A DNA stretch of 64,000 nt, from IMG/VR virus record IMGVR_UViG_3300046733_000629, one strand, 5' to 3'. The notes below the pieces were generated by a model. The model saw only the letters and a list, made by a program, of their open reading frames with translations, searched no databases and was not told the origin of the DNA. Source of the stretch: a virus. Its lineage: Duplodnaviria; Caudoviricetes. Both the position numbers and the translations under genes were made by a program. Shown piece by piece: positions 17,433 through 26,432 of this stretch; position 1 is the first letter of the stretch, and every line of letters starts with the position of its first letter.

Positions 17433-18581
17433 TTACTTTTTAGCTTTAAGTTCTTCTACTTGAGCTGATAATTCTTTAACTGCTTCAATTAGTAGACCTG
17501 TGATGTTTCCGTATGCTACTGAATGAACACCTTCTGCATCTGTGTGTACTGCTTCTGGAAGAACTGCTTTTAGTTCTTGGGCGATAACACCAGTTGAAGT
17601 TGATCCATCTGAGATACGATCAAAAGTTACACCACGAATTGCTTCAACTTTACCTAAAGCACCGTCAATTACTTGTACGTTTGTTTTTAGAGTATCGTCT
17701 GAGTAAGCTGTAATATCACCAGTTGCTGTAAAGCTACCTGTGTATGAACCACTCATTGCAAACGATGTACCAGTTAATGATAAACCGTTGCCTGCAGTGT
17801 AAGTTGTATCTGCATCACCATTATCAGCATATACTTTTGCTGCTGCTAGTGCTGCGTCTGCTTTAGATGTTGCGTCTGCTGCCGCTGTTGCTACTGCGTC
17901 TGCTTCTGCTGTATCTGTGTAAGCATAAGAGATAGTAATTGCTTCAGCTTTTTTAGCATCAGCATATGTATTAGATGCTGAAATAGCTGCTGCTTCTGCC
18001 GCATCTGCTTTAGTAGTTGCGTCTGCTGCCGCTGTAGAAGCCGCTGATGAAGTAACACTAGCGATTGCTGAACTTAGTTCTGAATCTGTTGCCATTGCAT
18101 CTTGGATTTCTTTCAATGTATCAAACGCTGCGCCTGCACCGTTAGTTACTGTTGAAACTGCTGCCGCTTGTGCCGCATCAACATAAGTTTTGTTTGCCGC
18201 ATCGTTACCTGATGTTGGTGCTGCTAAATCAGTAATTTTCTTGCTGTTCATGTCGATGGTTTCTTTCATGTCCAGTGTATCGTCTATACGAACACCTTTT
18301 TTGAAACGTGTTGTGTTGTTTACGTTAGTACCAAAACTTGCGTTGTTACCATCGTCAGCTGCACCATCTGTAGTTGTTAGTTTTGTTGCTAGAATTGAAA
18401 TGTTACGTTCCATGTCCGCCATACGTCTTAGAGACGATTTTGAACCTGAAATTGTAATTTCTTCTGCACCTGGATCACCAGTAAACTCTGTTAGTGTACC
18501 AGTTGAATCGTACTTATATTTCTTTGATTTATCGAATGAAAAGGTACCTGTAGCACCATTACTTCTTACTTTTCTTGCCAT
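17433..18581 (-). CDS. Tail fibre with C-terminal intramolecular chaperone (peptidase S74-type)
   Basis: AYSDDTLKTNV...GVIAQEL..VLPEAV...VAYGNITGLLIEAVKEL. Confidence 0.85.
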   Translation of the reverse strand: MARKVRSNGATGTFSFDKSKKYKYDSTGTLTEFTGDPGAEEITISGSKSSLRRMADMERNISILATKLTTTDGAADDGNNASFGTNVNNTTRFKKGVRIDDTLDMKETIDMNSKKITDLAAPTSGNDAANKTYVDAAQAAAVSTVTNGAGAAFDTLKEIQDAMATDSELSSAIASVTSSAASTAAADATTKADAAEAAAISASNTYADAKKAEAITISYAYTDTAEADAVATAAADATSKADAALAAAKVYADNGDADTTYTAGNGLSLTGTSFAMSGSYTGSFTATGDITAYSDDTLKTNVQVIDGALGKVEAIRGVTFDRISDGSTSTGVIAQELKAVLPEAVHTDAEGVHSVAYGNITGLLIEAVKELSAQVEELKAKK

Positions 18582-18694
18582 TTTAATTCTCCTTTAGAGT
18601 TGTTTAGCCACGTAGTAGAACTCTGTTCCACCATAGCACTTATTAAGTGCCTAAGTAGGGGGTTTGGCTCCCCCTACCTTTGGACTAATCTTTA

Positions 18695-20137
18695 TTAGCT
18701 AACTAATTTCCATCCTTTGACTTCAATTTCGTCGCCTACTTCAATAACATTCGAGTTGAATGTTACTACACCTGTTGATGTGTTAACTGAACTTAATTCA
18801 GCTGGTCTAGCCAGTTGTCTGTTAACGTATACTGTGTAATCATCTGCTCCAACAACATCAGTAAATGTATATGCTAGTGTTGCCGCATTAGTTACATCAG
18901 TTACTGAACTGTGGAATGTTGAAGTTGAAATATTTGCTTCAATTCCTGCTACTGCTGTTGCAATTGCTGCATCACGTGCTGTTGCTTCTGATGCTACTTT
19001 AGAAGTTGCATCTGCACTTGCTGTAGCTTCAGCCGCTGATTGAGCTGCGTTTGCTTTAGCTGTTGCATCTGCTGCCGCTGATGCAATTGCATCTGCTTCT
19101 GCTGTATCTGCATAAGATTGTAATGATGTAGTTACTGTAGCAATCTCTGTATCAGTATATGTATTTGCTGACGTTCCACTTGACGAAGCACTTGATGCAA
19201 TCGCTGCTGTGTAAGCTGTAGTAATTGCTGTTTCACGTGTATCAGTGTAAGTGCCTGCTGCTGAAATTGCATCTGCTTCTGCTGCATCTGCTTTAGTAGT
19301 TGCATCTGTAGCCGCTGTAGTAAGTGCATTAGATACTGTGTTGTCAGTGTAATTACCTGCTGATGCAATTGCCGCTGTATCACCTGCTACTCTGTTTGAT
19401 GTTTCTGTTGATACTAGTGTGTTAAGAGCTGCTACGTCTGCTACTCTTGCCGCATTAGCTGAAACAATCGCTGCTTGGTTAGTAGAGATATCAGCTGCGT
19501 TAGTTGCAATGTTTGTATTAGCTGTAGTAAGTGCAGTTGTGTTAGTTGCAATATTAGCTGTTACTGTTGCACTAAAGTTAGCGTCATCGCCTAAGGCGTT
19601 AGCTAATTCATTTAATGTATCTAATGCACCAGGTGCACCGTTGATAACATTTGCAACTTGCTGGTCTACATATGCTTTGTTTGTTACGTCAGTTGTATCT
19701 ACTGGTGTTGAGACATTAACGATTCTGTTTGAATCCATGTCAATTTTATCACCAAATGTTACGGCTGCGCCGCCAGCGTCAGTAATTCTTTTACCAGACG
19801 CCATTTGTAATGTTGCGTTTATTGCTAGTGGTACCTGAGATGATAAAGTTAAAGCACCAGTACCTTCTGTCTTAATGGTAAGTCCTTGGTCAGTGTCAGA
19901 TCTAACAATAATAGTTCCAGAATCGTCTTCCAAAACTTTTTGGTTGTTAATGAATAGTGATCCTTGTGAAAGATATAAGTCTCTCCACTTGAATGAAGTA
20001 GAACCTAAATCGAAACCTGTTGTACCATCTGAATCAACATTAGGTAGGATTGAACCACCCATTGTTAAGTTTGCTAATAATTCAGAGGCGTCATCAGTTT
20101 TGAAACCACCATCAATTATAAATTTTCTTTGTGCCAT
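18695..20137 (-). CDS. Coiled-coil fibre protein
   Basis: NKAYVD, GAPGALDTLNELANAL and Ala/Thr-rich heptads. Confidence 0.75.
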   Translation of the reverse strand: MAQRKFIIDGGFKTDDASELLANLTMGGSILPNVDSDGTTGFDLGSTSFKWRDLYLSQGSLFINNQKVLEDDSGTIIVRSDTDQGLTIKTEGTGALTLSSQVPLAINATLQMASGKRITDAGGAAVTFGDKIDMDSNRIVNVSTPVDTTDVTNKAYVDQQVANVINGAPGALDTLNELANALGDDANFSATVTANIATNTTALTTANTNIATNAADISTNQAAIVSANAARVADVAALNTLVSTETSNRVAGDTAAIASAGNYTDNTVSNALTTAATDATTKADAAEADAISAAGTYTDTRETAITTAYTAAIASSASSSGTSANTYTDTEIATVTTSLQSYADTAEADAIASAAADATAKANAAQSAAEATASADATSKVASEATARDAAIATAVAGIEANISTSTFHSSVTDVTNAATLAYTFTDVVGADDYTVYVNRQLARPAELSSVNTSTGVVTFNSNVIEVGDEIEVKGWKLVS

Positions 20138-20239
20138 TTTATGACTCCTTTTTGATCAAAAAAGTTATTGCTACATTGAGTAGCAATGTATTTATTGCTT
20201 TTTTTTAACTATTAACTGCTTTTATAACAATTTTTAGTT

Positions 20240-20275
20240 AAAAGAGGCATACCCTGTTACCAAGCTATGCCTCTT
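20240..20275 (-). terminator. Intrinsic terminator after the giant fibre gene
   Basis: AAGAGGCATA/TATGCCTCTT perfect 10-bp stem plus TT. Confidence 0.7.
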
Positions 20276-20305
20276 AATTTAGGTTATTAAGAAGCGTTAT
20301 GTTTC

Positions 20306-23300
20306 TTAAACATCAATGTAAGTTGCAATAACTTTCACGTCTGCTGAACCTGATGTTGGTGTATAAGTTAGTTCTACTGTGTTACCATTCATAGTCACAC
20401 TTGCATCACCAATTAAGTCGTTTCCGGTATAAACCATCGCGTACTCTGTAATGTATGCAGTTGTTCCATCATGTACAACTAAAGCTTCACGTGTCTCATA
20501 GTTACCATTTGCGTCACCCACTTGGATAACATACTTAGCTGAACGATACAGTGTACCGTTAAAGCTGTCTACAGTTGTAGCACCAGTTGCTGAAACTGAT
20601 GATTTCTGTACGTATGCTTTAATATCCGCTGAGAACTTATCAAACGTTACCTGACCTGCAACAAGTACTGGCTGTAAGCCTGAAATGTGTGCAACAACTA
20701 CTGCCGCAGTTCCTACTGGTAGGGCACTGTTGAATGTAATTGTTTGTGCAGATGAGTTGATAGTATAGTGAGTTACTGGATCCTGAATAACACCGCCAAC
20801 AAATACCATGCTGTTTGCTTGGTCTGTTACGAAGTTAAGTGAATAAGTAGTCGCTACACCGTCACCTGGGATAGTTTGACGTTGGTTACTTGTAAAGATA
20901 TCTAATGGGCTTACTAGCTCCATTCCATCTTCAGTTGAGTTAACACGTAATACAAAGTCTTCTTTACCTGTGTAATCTGTGTCTGAGACATCAGTTAAAT
21001 CAAGTACTGATTCATTTGTATCAATGCTAATAACACCTGTTGCACTATCGTAAGTTGCTAGGCCGTTGCCTGCTGTATCTGTTACAGATATAGCTGCTCT
21101 TGCTTTTGCTGGTGTGTAGTATTCGTTGCTACCTTCAGTTAAGTCATCTGTAGTGTAAACTGAGATGTCTTGTGACTGAATTGCTGCATCTAATACTGCT
21201 TTAGAAACTGCGTCACCTGGGTTGGCTGCTGTTCCTAAACCTGATACCATGTTACCGCCCATAGCTACATCACCGCTCATTGTTCCACCAGCTAGTGGTA
21301 GTTTAGTTGCGATTACTGTATCTTGTGCTGAGTCAGCTGCTGCAAACTCTGAACGAATTGCCGCTCTGTCTGTAGTTGCTGCTGCATGGTCTGTATCATT
21401 GTCTGATACTTCAGTTGCTAGTGCTTGTGATAGTGCCGCTTCAGCTGCCAATGCACGAGTTTCCTCTGCACCAATTGCTGTTGAGTTGGCTGCTACCGCA
21501 CCAGTTAACGTACTGTCTGCGTTTTGGAATGCTGTAACGATTTCTGTTAAAGAATCCAAAGCTGCTGGGTCAGTGTTACTGATGATGTCATTAACAGTCG
21601 ATGTTAAGTTTGTGATTGCTGTTGCATTTGCGCCTTCAGCTGCTGTTGCTCTAGTTACTTCAGCTGTTAAGTTAGTAGATACAGTAGAAATTGCTGCTGC
21701 ATTTACGCCCTCTGCCGCTGTTGCTCTAGTTACCTCATTTGAGATTGCTGTTGCGTTTGCTGCTTCTGCATTCGTTGCACGTGTTACTTCATTTGCTAAA
21801 TTAGCAGTTAATACACCTTCTGCTGCTGTTGCACGAGTTTCCTCTGCATTTACTGCTGCATCTAGTTTGTCATCTGCGTCTTTTAGAGTTGAAGCTGTAC
21901 TGATGTAATTAGCTGAACCATTAGCTGTGTAAGTACCGTCTGTTGCCAAACCTGCACCTGCTTGTGTAGCTGTAATTTCAGTTAAGTTATTTGCGATATC
22001 AGTTGCGTTTGCACCTTCTGCCGCTGTTGCTCTTGTTGTTTCCGCCGCAATTGCGTTTGCATTTACTAATTCAGCTGCTCTTGCTGTTGTTGCTTCTGCT
22101 GTAATTGCGTTTGCATTTACACCTTCAGCTGCTAAAGCTCTTACTGTTTCTGCTTGGATAGCAGATGCATTAGTTGCAATATCAGTTACGTTGGTTGCAA
22201 TGTTAGTTGCGTTAGTTGCGATATCAGTTACGTTACTTGCAATACCTGCCGCATTAGTTGCTACATTAGTTGTTAATGTTGCTTCTGCTGCTTCGGCACG
22301 TGTTTTTTCAGCTAAGATTGCCGCATCCAATTTGTTGTCAGCATCTTTTAAAGATGTTGCACTATCAATTGCATGTGAACCTGTTGCTGCTGTATACGTA
22401 CCATCTGCATTTAAGCCTGCGCCTAATTGCGATGCGTCAACTTCAGTTTGTAAGTTTGCAATACCTGATGATGAACCTGTGTTCAATTCATTAATTGCTT
22501 CTGTTACAGTTTGTGCTGTAGTTGTCATTGTTGCAGAACCCATTGTTGCTTCTAAAGCATCAATATTACCTTCTTCAGTTGTTAAACGTGTGTCTAACGC
22601 TGTATCAGCTGCTGCAAATTCAGTACGGATTGCCGCTCTGTCTGTTGCCGCTGTAGATGATAACGAAGTGATCGCACCGTTAATTGTGCTATCAGCACTT
22701 TGGAATGCACTAACAATTTCTGTTAATGAATCTAAAGCTGCTGGATCAGTGTTAGTTAGAATTGAATCAATTCTAGCTGTTTCAACATCAATGTTTGATT
22801 GTAAAACACCTTCTGCTGATTGTGCTCTAGCTATTTCAATGTTTAGGTTTGAAACGTTAGTTGCGATATCAACAACATTTGCTGCGATAGCATTTGTATG
22901 TGTTGTATCTGCTGTAGTTGAACGTGATACTTCATTAGCGATTGCTGTTGCATTTGCACCTTCAGCTGCTAAAGCACGAGTTTCCTCTGCTGTAATAGCA
23001 TTTGCATTTGCTAATTCAGCTGCTCTTGCTGTTGTTGCTTCTGCAGTAATTTTACCATCTAATGTTGTATCAGCTGCTGCTCTGTCTGTTGCTTCTGTAG
23101 AAATTGCAGTTGCGTTAGTAGCAATGTCTGCTGTATTAGTAGCAATATTGCCTGCATTAGCTGTAATGTTTAGAGTGTTAGCACCTTCTGCCGCTAAAGC
23201 TCTATTTTTCTCAACTAGTACTTCTGCATCTGTGTAAGTTTCTGCTGATGCAATTGCATCTAGTTCAGCTTGGTCTGCATATGCTTCTGCCGCTGCTGCT

Positions 23301-25090
23301 CTTACAACGTCTTTTGCTTCTGCCGCTGTAATTGCATCTGCTTCTGCTGCATCTGCTTTAGATGTTGCGTCTGCTGCCGCTGTTGCGATTGCATCTGCTT
23401 CTGCTGTATCTGCGTATGCTTGTGCTGCCGCTAGTGTTTGAGCATCACCTGTAGTTCTATTAGTTACTTCATTTGCTAACCCAGTTGTTAGAATGCCTTC
23501 AGCTGCTAAAGCACGAGTTTCCTCTGCCGCAATAGCTGTTGCATTAGTTGCGTCACCGTTTGTACGATCACTTGTTTCTGTTGCCAGATCAGTGATTACT
23601 GTGTTAAGTGTTGCAGTTAATACTGAGTCACCATTTTGAAATGCTGTAACGATTTCTGTTAATGAGTCTAAAGCTGCTGGATCAGTATTGCTAATAATGT
23701 TAGCAATGTCTGCTGTGTTGGTTGCAATATTAGTTGCGTTAGTTGCGATATCAGTTACATTAGTTGCAATGTCTGCTGTTGCAGTTGTTACTTCTGTATG
23801 TAGTTCGTTAATCGCTGCACCTAATGAAGTTGCAGTTGTATCAAGTGGTGTATTTGCGATATCACCAACAGTGTCTTCTAGTGCTTGTACTTCTGTTTCC
23901 AGTGTAGTTGCACGTGCTGCCAATGCAGTATCTGCCGCATCACTTGTTGCTGCTCTTGCAACGTCTTTTGCTTCTGCTGCCGCAATTGCGTCTAGCTCAG
24001 CTTGGTCTGCTTTAGCTGTTGCATCTGCTGCCGCTGTTGCGATTGCATCTGCTTCTGCTGTATCTGCGTATGTTTCCATTGCAGTTTGTAGGGCTGTATC
24101 TGCTGCTGCAAAATCAGTTCTGATACTTGTATCAGCTACTGCTCTAGCATTTGCTTCAGTGTTAATGTCTGCCGCGTTAGCTGCTTCAGCGCCTTGTGCT
24201 CTAGTTACTTCAGCTGCTAAGTCAGTTGTTAGCGTTGAAATTTCACCGTCTGTAGTGCTGATTTCAGTTGCTAAACCACTTTGTAGTGTGCTGATGTCGC
24301 CTTCGTTAACTGTAACTCTTGCGTCTAATGCATTGTCGTCAGCTAAACGTGTAGCTGCTTCAGTTGAAATAGCTGCCGCATTTGCCGCTTCAACACCTTG
24401 TGCTCTAGTTGCTTCAGTTGAAATTGCTGTTGCATTTACACCTTCTGCTGCTGTTGCACGTGTTACTTCTGCTGTGATAGCGTTAGCGTTAGCTGTAATA
24501 GCCGCTGTTAATGCACTATCTTGACTTTGGAATTCAGCAACGATCTCACTTAGTGAGTCAAGTGCTGCTGGATCAACGTTTGATACGATGTTATTAATTT
24601 GTGTTTGTAAACCAGCGTCTGCCGCTTTATAAGCTGTGTCAAGTGCAGATTCTGCGCCTGTTGCACGACTTACTTCGGTAGCTAGATCAGTAGTTAATAC
24701 ACCTTCTGCTGCTGTTGCACGAGTAATTTCAGCCGCAATATCATTTGCGTTCTGAGTTTCTGCTGCACGTGCTATAACTGCTTCTGCTGCCACTGCATCA
24801 GAAATATCTGTTGCAACTGCTGCCTGTGCTCTTGCATCTGTAAAATACTTAAACCCAGCATTTTCTGCTAAATCTGAAGTATCAAATGATCCAATTAAAT
24901 CACCAGCTGTTACTTTAGCTAATGATGATGAAGCGTTTGTGTGTACTAAAAGAGTGTCTAGACTGTCGAGAGATACAGAAGCAGTTTGGCCTGAAACTGA
25001 ACTTGCATCTAACTTAGTGTTAAGGACCGACTGATCCGCTAACGCTGGACTCTTAATTTGTCTAAAAGCCATAGAGATTTCTCCAATCAA
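20306..25090 (-). CDS. Giant coiled-coil fibre, ~1,590 aa (probable start 25072, MAFRQIK)
   Basis: Four N(T/V)DPAALDSL(T/S)EIV knots, many RA.AAE..NA heptad repeats, C-terminal DSF..YRSAKY.IQ..LVVHDGT..TEY domain; GGAGA RBS before 25072. Confidence 0.8.
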   Translation of the reverse strand: MIGEISMAFRQIKSPALADQSVLNTKLDASSVSGQTASVSLDSLDTLLVHTNASSSLAKVTAGDLIGSFDTSDLAENAGFKYFTDARAQAAVATDISDAVAAEAVIARAAETQNANDIAAEITRATAAEGVLTTDLATEVSRATGAESALDTAYKAADAGLQTQINNIVSNVDPAALDSLSEIVAEFQSQDSALTAAITANANAITAEVTRATAAEGVNATAISTEATRAQGVEAANAAAISTEAATRLADDNALDARVTVNEGDISTLQSGLATEISTTDGEISTLTTDLAAEVTRAQGAEAANAADINTEANARAVADTSIRTDFAAADTALQTAMETYADTAEADAIATAAADATAKADQAELDAIAAAEAKDVARAATSDAADTALAARATTLETEVQALEDTVGDIANTPLDTTATSLGAAINELHTEVTTATADIATNVTDIATNATNIATNTADIANIISNTDPAALDSLTEIVTAFQNGDSVLTATLNTVITDLATETSDRTNGDATNATAIAAEETRALAAEGILTTGLANEVTNRTTGDAQTLAAAQAYADTAEADAIATAAADATSKADAAEADAITAAEAKDVVRAAAAEAYADQAELDAIASAETYTDAEVLVEKNRALAAEGANTLNITANAGNIATNTADIATNATAISTEATDRAAADTTLDGKITAEATTARAAELANANAITAEETRALAAEGANATAIANEVSRSTTADTTHTNAIAANVVDIATNVSNLNIEIARAQSAEGVLQSNIDVETARIDSILTNTDPAALDSLTEIVSAFQSADSTINGAITSLSSTAATDRAAIRTEFAAADTALDTRLTTEEGNIDALEATMGSATMTTTAQTVTEAINELNTGSSSGIANLQTEVDASQLGAGLNADGTYTAATGSHAIDSATSLKDADNKLDAAILAEKTRAEAAEATLTTNVATNAAGIASNVTDIATNATNIATNVTDIATNASAIQAETVRALAAEGVNANAITAEATTARAAELVNANAIAAETTRATAAEGANATDIANNLTEITATQAGAGLATDGTYTANGSANYISTASTLKDADDKLDAAVNAEETRATAAEGVLTANLANEVTRATNAEAANATAISNEVTRATAAEGVNAAAISTVSTNLTAEVTRATAAEGANATAITNLTSTVNDIISNTDPAALDSLTEIVTAFQNADSTLTGAVAANSTAIGAEETRALAAEAALSQALATEVSDNDTDHAAATTDRAAIRSEFAAADSAQDTVIATKLPLAGGTMSGDVAMGGNMVSGLGTAANPGDAVSKAVLDAAIQSQDISVYTTDDLTEGSNEYYTPAKARAAISVTDTAGNGLATYDSATGVISIDTNESVLDLTDVSDTDYTGKEDFVLRVNSTEDGMELVSPLDIFTSNQRQTIPGDGVATTYSLNFVTDQANSMVFVGGVIQDPVTHYTINSSAQTITFNSALPVGTAAVVVAHISGLQPVLVAGQVTFDKFSADIKAYVQKSSVSATGATTVDSFNGTLYRSAKYVIQVGDANGNYETREALVVHDGTTAYITEYAMVYTGNDLIGDASVTMNGNTVELTYTPTSGSADVKVIATYIDV
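23370..24072. repeat. Exact 49-bp direct repeat (23370-23418 and 24024-24072); degenerate copies near 17860-17915 and 19050-19095
   Basis: tctgctgccgctgttgcgattgcatctgcttctgctgtatctgcgtatg occurs twice; encodes YADTAEADAIATAAAD. Confidence 0.9.
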
Positions 25091-25226
25091 ATATATTTGA
25101 TTTGCATGTAATCTTTACATGCAAAAGTATAACCACAGCTTAACGAGGTTATACTACATAAGGTCATTACAACCTATGCAATGTATTTATTAGATTTGGG
25201 AGTTTATTAAGTAATATGATTATTAT

Positions 25227-26432
25227 TTAGATTGGCATATATCTGAAATCAACAACTGAATTTGCACCTGGTGCTGTTGTGATTGTTAGTGTTGTTCCAT
25301 TTATTGTATATTCTGTTGTTGGTAAAATTGAACCATCAACAATAACTAGAACACTATGTACGCTATGCCCAGCAGGAACTAGATAATCTGTAGTTGTACT
25401 ATCTCCTGTGTATTGACTACTAGTATATATCAAATTTAAATGCTTATTCTCAATACAGTTATTTGGAAATGCTGTAATATTTGCAAAAGAATATCTATAT
25501 TTTACATAAATGTCTGCACCAACATGAGGAGTTACACTAAATGTTAATACTGCACCATTAAGTGAGAACACATCTGGTCTTTGTAATACTTCATCGACAT
25601 AAACATCAATTGCTTCTTCGGTTGCTGGAGTACTATTTAAGGTAAAATCTACTTGTATTCCATCACCTGTAAATTCTTGTGCTGGTTCAATACTTGTAGA
25701 AGGTAATGCTAAATCATTTCTTAGTAAGTTTTCTAAGTTTGTTAATTCTGTACTTGTAGCAAACGCTGTATCTGCATTTTGAAACGCATTAACAATTTCT
25801 GTTAATGAGTCAAGTGCGGCAGGATCTGTATTTGTTAATATGTCTGCTACTTGTGTCTGTAGTGTAGCAATGTCACTATTAATATTAGCAACAACATTTG
25901 GATCACTAACACCAAATTGCCCTGTGTAGACTGCACCACTTATATAAACACTTTTTCCTGTAAAGTCTTTTCCATCTGGTAAGTTATCACCAATAAAGTT
26001 TAATACACCTGATTGATAATCAAAGAACCATTCATCATTATTACCACTACCAGTAACAAATACTTTATTTGCTAAACTTTCTGCATTAGCTGAATCATTG
26101 CTATCATGAATATAAACACTAACAAGATATGTACTACCAAATTCTGGAGTAACCCAATCAGTAACTCCTGTTTTCCAAGTTCGTTTACCTGTTGCTGTAA
26201 TATCTTCAGTTGCTTCAACTGCTGAGTATATGGTTAATACACCCGCTGATGTTGTTGGTTTAACACTTGGTATATCACCAGATTCTGCCCATACTTTATC
26301 ACCACGTAATAAAAGTGGACTTGGAATACTTTCATTGGCCGCTAATTTATTAAATATGGTATCTGTTTTAGTTGCACCATATCCTAACTTTTTAAATAGG
26401 TAGTCAATTTTTTGATTGTCGGAAATAGCCAT
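25227..26432 (-). CDS. Virion structural protein
   Basis: NTDPAALDSLTEIV knot plus two (F/Y)TGD...V.VD beta modules of the type also seen near the giant fibre C-terminus. Confidence 0.7.
   Translation of the reverse strand: MAISDNQKIDYLFKKLGYGATKTDTIFNKLAANESIPSPLLLRGDKVWAESGDIPSVKPTTSAGVLTIYSAVEATEDITATGKRTWKTGVTDWVTPEFGSTYLVSVYIHDSNDSANAESLANKVFVTGSGNNDEWFFDYQSGVLNFIGDNLPDGKDFTGKSVYISGAVYTGQFGVSDPNVVANINSDIATLQTQVADILTNTDPAALDSLTEIVNAFQNADTAFATSTELTNLENLLRNDLALPSTSIEPAQEFTGDGIQVDFTLNSTPATEEAIDVYVDEVLQRPDVFSLNGAVLTFSVTPHVGADIYVKYRYSFANITAFPNNCIENKHLNLIYTSSQYTGDSTTTDYLVPAGHSVHSVLVIVDGSILPTTEYTINGTTLTITTAPGANSVVDFRYMPI

Noticed and set aside
18190-24524. Long plus-strand ORFs (e.g. 21222-21908, 22191-23237, 23688-24524)
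   Set aside because: Antisense shadows of Ala/Thr-rich fibre genes whose codons give few stops on the opposite strand; no RBS or family motifs
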